The position numbers and the translations under genes are program-made. DNA of 59,472 nucleotides, filler included, from Dirinaria sp. TL-2023a (lineage: Eukaryota), in the NCBI GenBank assembly GCA_051941275.1. It is 9 parts of 9 records of this genome, joined end to end, with 100 filler letters (N's around TTAATTAATTAA, not from the genome) between each part and the next. Parts side by side here need not be neighbours in the genome. Positions count along the whole stretch, not along the records: positions 1 to 6,560 come from JAVEBF010001462.1; positions 6,661 to 13,213 come from JAVEBF010001463.1; 7 more parts are not named here. One strand, written 5' to 3'. The notes below the pieces were generated by a model. The model was not told the origin of the DNA, searched no databases, and saw only the letters and a list, made by a program, of their open reading frames with translations. This document shows positions 1 to 10,268 of the stretch, one piece after another (the stretch's first letter is position 1; every line of letters begins with the position of its first letter).

Positions 1-2023
1 CACCACCTCCTCTAGCTCCTCCTTTCCAGCCCCCTTTCCCGCCCCCTTTCCCGCCCAGTCCCCGCCTCCCATTACCTCCAGCACCGGAGCCGCCGCCGCC
101 ACCACCCCTCCTAACATGGAATTCAATCCTCTTCAGGGGCCTCTCCACCATCTCCACCCCCTCCAACCGCAGCTCCTTCCTCGCCTGCTCGTCCATCTTC
201 CAGGGCTGGAACAAGATCTGCGGATCCTCAATCCCTCTCAGCTCTTCCATCCACGTCTTCACATACTCGCCCTTGGGATCGTAGTCGAAACCCTGCTTGA
301 CGGGGTTGAAAGTCCTTGTTTCACGCGGGTCGTTGCCCACTCCGGCGTTGTACTGCCAATTACCCCAGTTGGAGCTGACGTCGTAGTCGATGAGTAGGCA
401 TTCGTACCATTCGGCGCCGATGCGCCAGTCGATCCCAAGGTGTTTGGCGAGGAACGATGCCACGTTTTGCCGCAAGCGGTTGGAGGTGTAACCGGTGAGG
501 AACAGCTCGCGCATGCTCGCGTCAATGAATCCGTTGCCGGTTGCCCCCTCAAGGAATCTCTGTACTTGCTCTTTGGTCTTTGGATCCCTGCCACCGGCGT
601 ACCTCCAGCTGATCTTGGTATCGTTTTTGAATCCGGATACCCTGAATAGCCGGGGACCGAATTTGCGCGTCGCCAAGCGGAAGTAGTCGCGCCACAGAAG
701 CTCGAAACGGACAGCAGCTGTGCCTTTGTTCTCGCCTTTTCCATATCCGTGCACCCCTTTCCCAAGAGCAGTGGTGCCGTCTTCGAAGGCGACTAGATAG
801 GCATGGATTTGACGCGCGGTTATGCAGCCGAGGGCAAGGTAGGCGGAGAGCTTAGTGCTGAAGTCGGGACCGAGGGTGCCATTCCGCTGTGAAGCTGGTG
901 GTTAGCGAGGCCAAATCACGAAAATGCTGTTAGCCCATGGAGGAGCAAGAAGTAAATCGCATGACTTGATGATTGAGTTCTACCGGCGTTTGGACCAATA
1001 GCATAATTATAGTTGGCTGTAGCCAACGGCTGATCTTTGATCGAGAGGTACTCTTGCTACAAAATTTGGAGAAGGTCTTAGGAGATGCAGAGTCTTACAG
1101 TATCCTTATAGGTGGTCATACTGCCACATGTGACAAGGTGCTTGATACGATCGTGGCCTGGTGTTTCGCCGCCTGTGAAAGGATGCGCTGAAGCCGCTTT
1201 TGAAGGCATCGAAGGCGGCTTAGAGAGACCCAAAGCTGGAGAAATTGGTTTGTGAAGGGCCGCGATGAGTCCCTCAAGGTCTTGTGGTATGGTAAATGGC
1301 TCCGACTGTGGAGGAACGATGGGCGGCAGAGGAGGCAGCTTGACGGGAGAGGGAAGCGTTCGACGGGGAGCATCGCGAAGGGGTTCGACACGTTTGCGGT
1401 AGGATGTATAGATATCTGGAAGCTCCGATGGGTTTGAAAGTGGCACATCTCGACTGCGCGTGGGATAAGTCTTGGGGGGTGGTTAGAAGTATAGTCGATA
1501 CTAACTCGTCAACGTAGTATTTCTCATCAATCCAGAGCCTGAATTCCGTCTGTGCGGCGTCGGCAGCCTTCTTCACTTCTCTTTCCTCTTGTTTTTCTTC
1601 GACACCTTCCTCTTCCGTCATCCATATGCCGACCACTTCGGTTCCGTCGTCCTTGAAAGTATCAAGCAGGTGCTTGACCACTTGGCCAAGCATACCAACC
1701 CGTATCTCCAACCCGCTGCCAACACCCTCTAGTGACTTCTTCACATCCCATACGCTCTGGGCAAGAAACCTGGATCTGTGATGCCCGCATCTCCAGAAGC
1801 CACCGGCCTGCGATCTGGCTTCAGGAAATGGAGAACGCTCGGTCCCACTTGCGAGGAAGCCAGAGACCTCGATCTGCTGCGCCGCGAAGACATAGATCGG
1901 TAAAAGATGAGTGTATGGATGCTGCGACTGTTGAAAAGTCTTGGAGATCTCAGTCAATACTGGATTATCCAATACGCGCAGATCCCGTCTAAGAAGATAT
2001 ATCAACACACGCGAGCCCGACAT
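1..2023 (-). CDS. cryD: Cryptochrome DASH (photolyase/cryptochrome family); 3 exons (2023-1506, 1453-1099, 886-<1); 3' end runs off the window
   Basis: N-terminal IYLLRRDLRVLDNP. Splicing restores YKDT|RNG, then FSTKLSAYLALGCITARQI, ELLWRDYF, GYTSNRLRQNVASFL, WRIGAEWYECLLIDYDVSSNWGNWQYNAGVGNDPR and FNPVKQGFDYDPKGEYVKTW. Gly/Arg-rich C-terminal tail. Introns 1505-1454 (GTTAGT..CTAAC..CAG) and 1098-887 (GTAAGA..CTAAC..CAG). Confidence 0.95.
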
Positions 2024-2259
2024 GGTACATGGACGCTTGTAAGGACAACAGAACTTTTGAGAACACGCGGCTAGATTAACCGGTCGCCTAGATGTAAAGA
2101 ATTTCAACGCCAAATCCGCCTGAAGCCAGCCAAGGCGAGGTTAGGCTGTAGTGAAGGAGATGTCAAAATTTGAGAACTTCCGGGCTGGACGATTATAGAT
2201 CTTCCGGGCTAGATAGGAGAGCTGTAGGGAAGGGACGCAGGGGAGGGTGGATGGACGAG

Positions 2260-2940
2260 GGTAAGGTATGATGACAGGAAAGACTAGTGCCAGATCTAGC
2301 AATGCGCGAGACATTTGGACAGGTTGTTCCGGTCTGTGTGGCTCGGTTGGGTGCTCCATACGAGTAGGGGTGGGTACGAAAAAGAGTACATTAGGTAGCG
2401 TGGAGCGAACGAGTCAATCAGGTAAGGGGAAATTATGGTGGTGATTACCCCATGAGACCAGGTACTCGTACTCGTACCTTACATTGATTATCGAAGGTAT
2501 CGGTCAAGTACCTTTTCTGGGTAAGGTAGAGTCGAAGGTGAGCCAGGTAGCCTGCGAGGGGGGAGAATAATGATGAGTTGTCGAAAATACTTTACCTTAG
2601 ACTAGTATTCTAAGGTAAATAGTCCGGGAGGGAGTAGGGCAGTGTGGCACTGGCAGGGCAGTGGAGGGTGGAGGTGAGATGGATTTTTGATGTTGCTCAT
2701 CCTTTGCTGGGACTTTCGCTTTTTCTTTTCAATCCATCCATACCTGAAGTTGCTCTCCATGATCAGAACGACAACAAAGGAATGTACACAGTGACTAGAT
2801 ACCTTACCTCAAGGTAGGTCCTGTAACAATGAATAAGTTACTGTACTTCTTACCTTATGCCCCCGAAAGCGGGAACAGTAAGGTAAGGTACGGGCTGTAC
2901 AGCCTGTACTTTACCCTACCTGCTCCTACTCCAAGGTAAG
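2260..2940. repeat. Dispersed cluster of TAAGGTA/TACCTTA-like motifs upstream of cryD
   Basis: About ten exact or near copies in both orientations, e.g. 2261 gtaaggta, 2521 gtaaggta, 2611 taaggta, 2800 taccttacct, 2878 gtaaggtaaggta. Confidence 0.5.
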
Positions 2941-4126
2941 AGAAAGTGAGATCGACAAGGCGAGAATGAGATTCTAGCGCGCTTTCCTCCCGCCCTCGGC
3001 CCCTTGCAACCCTGTTCACCCTGCGTGATCCGATTTAGGCGCAGTCGATCCCCAGATTGCCGAGTCTACCTACAGTACAGATACTCTAGTACGAGCCACT
3101 CGAGCCACTCCGAAGTCTACGACGCAGAAGTTAAATACATGTATGTAAGACTATGTACATATACACCTGTTACTTTCTGTCCCATCACACTGCAGCTGTC
3201 AAAAACCATATCTCTCCGCAGCGCACGCTTCGGCACTTCCACTCCTCTTGCATATACTTTTGGCTGCTTCTGGTAACCCCATCTGGCACTCTCGTACCGC
3301 ATTCATCACTCTCCCAGTCTCCCTCCTGGGGCGCCAAACAATGAGTTACCCCTCACGGCCGTAATAGCCGCCTTGCCCCAACGGTTCGACGCTGTCCCTG
3401 CAGCACATCACGCGAATGGCGCCGGATCCAGACCGAGAGTCAAGCGTCGCTATCAATCTTCCCTTCTTGCGCCATGCTCCAATAATGAATCAATATCTGC
3501 ATTATGTTGCTGCATCACGATGTTACGTGTCGCGTGCTGGTGTACTTACATGCGTTAATGGTGATGAATCTGCGATGAGGGTCTGCTGCGTGCACGGTCT
3601 GGTAGGAGCAAACTCAGATCATCCCATCTTGCTGTAGGTTAATCTTATCTGTCGAAACTGTACCACGACACGATCTTTCAACCCATGTTAGCCTGGCAAT
3701 GCTTGATTATTGACATGCCTATTGCCTACTGTCCCGCACGACATCAGAAGAGGGGCTCCCGGTGGTGTGGGGGGAAACCACTTTAGTGCTCTATGCATTT
3801 GGGGTAATCGATCCTCTCCCGTAGGTCTCGCCCTTTGGAGCGACGGCTTTATATTATGTCTTGGCACTGTGCCGTGTGCGTTGATCAGGCAAACAAATAA
3901 CCATTGGGAAGAGAAAGATTATCAGATCCAGATATTTCTGTGTTCTGGTGGTCCTGCAATGGCTGCTCACTGTTGTGGAAATACGAATGCCAATCGCTAA
4001 GTCTTGCCTTATCTGATATATAGATGAGTCTTGAGATCTCACGTTGCAAAATATCATAGGGGGACTCCAAATGTACACCAAGCCACGCAAGCTACACAAT
4101 CACTGCCGTTTACAGAGACGACCAAG

Positions 4127-5100
4127 TCAATAGCCTTTAGCATCCAACTCCTTCTCTGTCCAGTCCCATAATTCTTTTGAGAGCTTTCGGTCCTGCGCGT
4201 GGCCACCGCCGTTGCTTCTGCATCCGACAGGAGTGTAATACGCGCCATTGACTAGATTGCCCTTCTCTGTTGTCGCAGCCCAAAGTTGATTATGTGCACC
4301 GGTTTCGACAGTCTTCATAAACGACCCGAAGACCGTCACGCCGAATTTCATGATCGTGCTCGACTGCTGATGTGGACCGAATAGATCGGTTTTGATGATC
4401 CCAGGATGCACGGCCACGCTAGTGATACTTGGATAGCGTTCGGCGAGCTCACGCGCGTACATAAGGTTCGCCAACTTCGAATGGCCATATCTCGTCCAGG
4501 TGCCCTCCTGATCCAGCCGCGCCATGTTGAGCCTGAGGCCACCCGACCGAGGTGCGAGCTGGTGGGCCTCAGAGGAGAGATGGATGATACGCACATCAGA
4601 GTCGTTTTCCTTTGCAGTGGACAACATTGTAGGCAGAAGCAATCTGGTGAGTAGCGCATGTCCGACGTGGTTGGTCCCTAGTTGTATTTCGTGGCCTTCG
4701 CTCGTCGTGCCTGGGGGCAGAGCCATTATGCCGGCGTTGTTAATTAGAACATCAAGACGTGGCGACTGTTGCTTGAAACTTTGAGCCGCAGAAGAAATTG
4801 AGTCGAATGAAGTTAGATCAAGGGGCAAGAACGTAACATTCACATGTGGTACAGCCTGCTTAACAGCTGCAACTGCAGATTCTCCCTTCGATGGTGTGCG
4901 CGCGGCGAGGTAGATGTGGGATGGCTGATGCTTAGCGAGTTGTTTTACGGTTTCTCTTCCTAGCCCAGTATTGCCTGTTTCCATTGAGTCTTATGTCAAG
5001 AGCACAAAAAATGCTTCCGCTCACCACCGGTGACCAGGATGACTTTGTTCCTAAGTCTTGGAATATCAGTATCCGGGTCAAATTTCACTCCCCCGAACAT
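4127..5100 (-). CDS. Short-chain dehydrogenase/reductase (retinol dehydrogenase/WWOX-like); exons 5100-5025 and 4974-4127; alternative in-frame ATG at 5280
   Basis: Spliced KVILVTG|GNTGLG (TGxxxGxG), LINNAGIM, catalytic YGHSK (YxxxK), VHPGIIKT. 50-nt intron 5024-4975 (GTGAGC..CAG). Confidence 0.92.
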
Positions 5101-5814
5101 GCTGCCGGCGCTCAGGTTCCTGTTGAATGCTGCAATAGGATGGATCACAGTATCGAGGACAAGCGGGTAAAAATCGATCCATGTAAGCAGGTCAAGGAGG
5201 AATGATTGCTTTGCAAATGAATCGAGAACGAAGGCGCGAAATGTGGATTGCCAGCCTGAATTGTGCGATGTACTTGCCATGGCCCATTTTGCGAACCCGT
5301 GTATACTCAAGAAATGCTTTACATGGCGGAATTAATGAAACGCCAATAGTAAGCAGAAGAGCAAATATCTGGTTATCAGGACGGCCGCGAGGGTCGTAAA
5401 GCACTTAAGGTAGGGAGTACAATATGACACTCGGGTAAATGCAAAAGTCTACTGTAGGTGATATTGCGCTGGGTCCAAAGGTTGAGCGGGCAAACCGCAC
5501 TCGAATGTTATGAACGATGATACTGCGAATTCCTTAAATTGCCAGTAGAGCCTTGGTGCTCAAGATAATGAATGCAAAATATGTTGCGCGGCAAAGGTAC
5601 TTCGCAGAGGCAGATAGGTACAGTAGAATTGCTTCCGTGATGCGTCTAATCGGGGTATTTTAAAGTATCATCAAATCCGCCAAGAAATCATGCGAGCCCA
5701 GTTGCACCAATCACCCAGCGCCATGCATACTCAGCATACTTTCGAGTAGAAGGTACTTGTTCAGACAGCCGCGACGTCTGGCGCAAAACTCTTCTCACCG
5801 TGTAGATGGAAGGC

Positions 5815-6445
5815 TTACCTCCGTCTCCTACCTTTGCTGTCGATTCTTTTCTCCAGCCCTTCTACTCGCGCACGGAATCCTTTGACGATGTCCCTGATAT
5901 GCCGAACCTTGTCAAACTCTGTCTCCAGCTCGTCGATCTGCCTAAGTATCTCGCGGAAGCGCGCTATCTCAGCGTCCGCGGCGGCCATGGCTGCACCAGC
6001 ACGTATCGACTGGTTGATGGTGCATGTTTGAGTCTGCGCCGTAAGCTGGTACCGAGGCATGTCAGTTATCATGGCCTTCTCAGACAACTAGCGAAGCTTG
6101 CTTCTCTTCTCGCAATGCGGAGAAGCGTCTTCTTGTGATCTTGTGTCATGAACGTACGTGCTCAACACGGTTTTGTATCGCGCCCATCAGCCTCTCGAAG
6201 TGCTGCCCTAGAACGGCCAAACTCCCAGGATCAAGTACAAGTCTTCCATGTCCAGATGATGCCGCGCTCGCTGCGCGTGAGGTGGAAGCACTGGTACGGG
6301 TATGTCCGCGGCCCCTTGAGGAGGCAGAGTAAGCATAGGGATTCGAAGAGAAGGCAATTTGCTGATGTTGGCGTAAGATGTGGATCTCGGACTGGGAGAG
6401 ACCGAGCTGGGAGTCAGGGACAGAGGAAGGAAAGATGGTGGTCAT
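5815..6445 (-). CDS. CNL1: BLOC-1 complex subunit CNL1-like protein; exons 6445-6158 and 6045-5815
   Basis: SRAASAASSGHGRLVLDPGSL..HFERLM and ADAEIARFREILRQIDELETEFDKVRHIRDIVK match the Pezizomycotina CNL1 family as recalled. Intron 6157-6046 (GTACGT..CTGAC..CAG), phase 0. Confidence 0.75.
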
Positions 6446-6535
6446 GGATACATATGTGAGCTGTGTTCACATGGTCGAGCAGGGAGGCAGTCAATAGAGG
6501 GGTTGCATGACGGGGTTATGGGAGGGAAGAAGTAG

Positions 6536-6560
6536 AATAAGTAATAAGTAATAAGTAATA
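6536..6560. repeat. (AATAAGT)n tandem repeat at contig end
   Basis: aataagtaataagtaataagtaata immediately before the linker. Confidence 0.8.
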
Positions 6561-6660
6561 NNNNNNNNNNNNNNNNNNNNNNNNNNNNNNNNNNNNNNNN
6601 NNNNTTAATTAATTAANNNNNNNNNNNNNNNNNNNNNNNNNNNNNNNNNNNNNNNNNNNN
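6561..6660. other. Artificial contig linker 1
   Basis: 44 N + TTAATTAATTAA (stops in all six frames) + 44 N. Confidence 0.99.
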
Positions 6661-8252
6661 ATTATGTACTGCTACACGTCCCTTGAGCAGAAAATGTAGG
6701 TTGGGTGGGGGAAATGAAAAGGGGAAAAGGAAAAAGGGAAAAAAAGGCAAAAGATAATCGTACATTCAGCAGCCAGGATTCGCTGGTCGTCACCGACCCA
6801 ACTACTAATTGACCGGTCAACTGGTTATGGGTGGAAAGCGGACGGGATCCTCATTTTTCAGTTGCCTATGGCCGAATGTACTTAATTGATCGCAATTAAA
6901 ATTTATATTGCAATTTTCTATCCCTTTATATATGCGTTGTGAGTTCTGCTAGGCGACGGAGGTTTGAGTTGGAAATAATCCACCTTAGAATGGTTCAAGT
7001 ACATCTCTTAGGGAAGGAAGCGGGAGGGAGCTACACGTTTCTAGGTTTACATCTGGTCTTTGTCGGATTACGAACGCTTCTGCAGATCGATAATTTCGCT
7101 AATCTCACGATCCAATCATTCCGCGAGGGGACATGTCAGGACTTTTGCTGTTGCTGTGTGCTCACGATTGAAAAATATTTGTTGCTATCTAAACTGCGGA
7201 GCGTTGACACAGGATCTTGCCTCGTCTTGATCCAACTCTACTCTTCCTGATGACCAATTGTTGAAATTATCGCTAAAGGCTAGGTCACTGACTTTTCGTC
7301 GCAAACCATGAGCTAACTGGCTCGCTGCTTTTTTCTCATCCCATTCACCCTTGGACTTCCAGAAAACACATGGCTTTCCCTGCTCTGCTGGCAAAGGTCT
7401 CGTGTGTGAGCAGCCAGGTAGTGAAGGAAACTACTAAAATAGTAAAGGCCATCCATAACAGGCTCGGCTGAATGCTGCCTTGATTAGGACATGCCATTTA
7501 ACCTCTGGAAGCCGACTTCAGGTTGACAGTCCACTTTTGACAAGCACAATATTTGACAAAAGAAAAGGGCTATAGGTATCCTTGCAGCTCCATTCGAAGG
7601 GAAGTTGCTGTTCAGAGAATCTGCCTAATACTAAACGCAAGCTACTTTAGTATGAGGTAATATGTTGGAACGCGGCTCAAGGCAGACGAATCACGACCCG
7701 AAGGGCCATACAGTCTATCAATCCAATGGCAGTGTGGGTAGATGGGGAACCCTCTAACCTAGCAAAGCATGATTAGATTACTCGCACAAGCATTCAAGTA
7801 AAGCGCATTTACCATGAAATCTGTCTGGCATAGATCAAGCTACAAAAGGATTGTATGATATCTCGTTCTACTGCTGTCTTTGGCTATGCAGTCATTCTTT
7901 TCGACAAGTATTCTCATTATTGATGGGTAAATTATCAAGATGCTTGACGGGTGCCCGATGTCAATCTCTATTCGTTTGGTACGAGTGTACAGAAATTGAC
8001 TTCTGAATCAGCTACAAGAGGAAAGAAGTACTGCTTGAGGATGTAATCCTACCTTACTTTCACGTGTTATGCCTGAAGCGCTTCTGACGCCAAGCTATTC
8101 GAGCTGTGATATCATCTCTCTTCCTGCCTCTCTCCTTATGACAATGCCTTCTTTCAATTTTCTGCACGACTGACATTAATTTCATTTCAATTTCCTGCTC
8201 ATACCACAAAGTCGACTTGATCACTCATTGAAATAGGGGTTATTCCGAAACC

Positions 8253-9707
8253 ATGGAGAAACCTAATGCCCGTCCCTCAACACCTTCTTTCGTTCCGCCT
8301 TCATGGGCTTACGCGCAACATCAAAATCGCAAGCGGCTCAGCCGAAGTATTACTACTCGGCGGCAAGTCTTTGTGGCCGTGCTTATCTTGTTCTGGCTCA
8401 TAGTTTTTTACACTATTTTCAATATCTTCCGTGTTGTTCCTGTAAGTGCATCCTGTTCGTTGTTCTCCTCCATGCTCAGGAAGGCAGAAGGTACGCCGTC
8501 CTAAGTACCTCACCGAGAGCATCCCATACAATGCTACTATCGTTCCACATGCGGCCTTTCAGCCACCTGAAACTCTTCCTCACCGATACCCGGACACAGT
8601 CGACACTTTTGCCAATTACAAGTTTCGAAACACCTGCAATATCTCTTCACTAGACCTGCATGCTCCATTCGCACCACTCTGCTCAGATCGGAAGGCCATG
8701 ATCACGGCTATGTCTTCTGGTGGTCGTATCGGTAATGATGCACCTTACATACCTCGAGGCTGCGACATGCGCTGGTTTTCCACCGAAGAGATCTGCGAAA
8801 TCTTGAGCCGCTTTGAGAAGGTCATCATCGTTGGCGATAGCATGATGAGGCACGTCATTGGGAGTATCAACGTGCTCATTCGTAGGGATCTGGGGTATGG
8901 AGCTGTCACCGACTGGAACTTCTCGCCTGAGGAACGGTAAGTCTATTCTTGGAGGGTTCTCATTAGGTATAGCTAACACAATTCGTCTACAGTCGCGAAT
9001 GCTTCTGCAATCTCCAATTCAATGTCAAAAAATGCTCCGTCCAAGGTATATTCCGCACAGCGGACGTCATGCAGAATGATCCGGAAAGCGTGGCTTGTCC
9101 AGCTGGTACTGTGAACGTTATGAGTGAGTTCTGACGTGGGTCCTTCTCCATTCTTCATCGCTGTCTAAATCATTCTGCAGTCGAGCAAATGATCAGGTTC
9201 CCCATTCCAGCAGAGGAAATCTCGCGATTCCGTGAACAACTCCCCGTGACTAAGCCCAAGCGCCCCTACGCGTTCATCTTCGGCCACGGCCTATGGAATG
9301 ATCTGGACCTACAAGCCACCCTCGACTGGCTCGATACCGTCCTTGACACTAGCATAGCACAAGCGCCGTGGTTAAGTCCGGCTTCTACAATGATCACATC
9401 TTCCTCGACTAGTCGTGAGCGAAAGCGGAATACTGGCTTCTGGCCCCGGCTATTCCTCACCCCGAATGCCGCGGGACCTGACAAGCCTGACGAGTGGATA
9501 CTGACCCAGGGTAACAAAGCTTTAGGTATTTTCGAGACCGAATGCGCCATCGAGGTGGGAAGGCGAGGTGTCGAGCACCTGGGTACCTATAATATGTCAA
9601 TCCAGTCGAACAAGTACGACGGTGTCCACGTCGACCTTAAAGGAAACCTGATCAAGGCTATGATGGTTCTCAATTGGCTGAATATGCTGAAAGTGGAGGA
9701 TTTTTAG
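8253..9707 (+). CDS. Type II membrane SGNH/GDSL-like (PC-esterase/TBL-type) protein; exons ~8253-8441, 8488-8936, 8993-9123, 9181-9707
   Basis: N-terminal TM helix (VFVAVLILFWLIVFYTIF), IIVGDSMMR (GDS nucleophile motif), FGHGLWND and C-terminal YDGVH (DxxH). Three GT-AG introns keep the frame; the first acceptor is less certain. Confidence 0.78.
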
Positions 9708-10268
9708 CAAGGATATATACTCTTACTTGCAGCTTGCTAGGTATAGCTGATCGTTTCGATGAGTCGCTAGATATATCCCTATCATCTAATCCAAACAAGG
9801 ACGGCATTGAAGTTTTCAAGAAGGGGTAATGCGACGAAAAAAATCTAATGAATGTGTCCTTCAGGGATTGCCGCTCACTATGAGTTCCTCCTTGTCCCTC
9901 ATATCGTCCTAGATTCGACCAGATACGGATCTTTACTAGCAATTATAATTTCACTTGGATTACATATCGTCACAAAATCCATTTGCTCAACCTGGACAAT
10001 CACTCCATTCTTTTGCATCAGATACTAGAAGGATTGGCGAACCCAGTATAGAAAAGAGCTTGAAGAAGTCTCCACGGTGTACGTTTTGGTGGCATGATCT
10101 TCTTAGGGCTCTTTGCTTGACGCTTGGTGTCAAGCATGGTTCCGTAATTGGACATGTACAAATCGATGGAATCGCTTGCTTGCTCTCGTAGCAGCTTCTA
10201 TGTTGAAATTCAGGTAAGTCTATCCCTTAGTAGCCGTTTCATCGTTCGTCTACTAAATTTCCCTTTGG

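Noticed and set aside
887..1098. TPP riboswitch in the long cryD intron
   Set aside because: The conserved aptamer cores (CTGAGA; GATCTGGATAATACCAGCG-like segment) are absent.
3355..3410. tRNA gene suggested by GGTTCGAC
   Set aside because: No matching acceptor stem, D-arm or A-box could be built around it.
6605..6616. TTAATTAATTAA recurring every ~6.6 kb as a biological repeat or piggyBac TTAA site
   Set aside because: Always centred in exactly 44+44 Ns; it is a synthetic six-frame-stop linker.
7000..7400. Short minus-strand ORF 7185-7394 as a gene
   Set aside because: No ATG start, recognisable motif or convincing splice partners.
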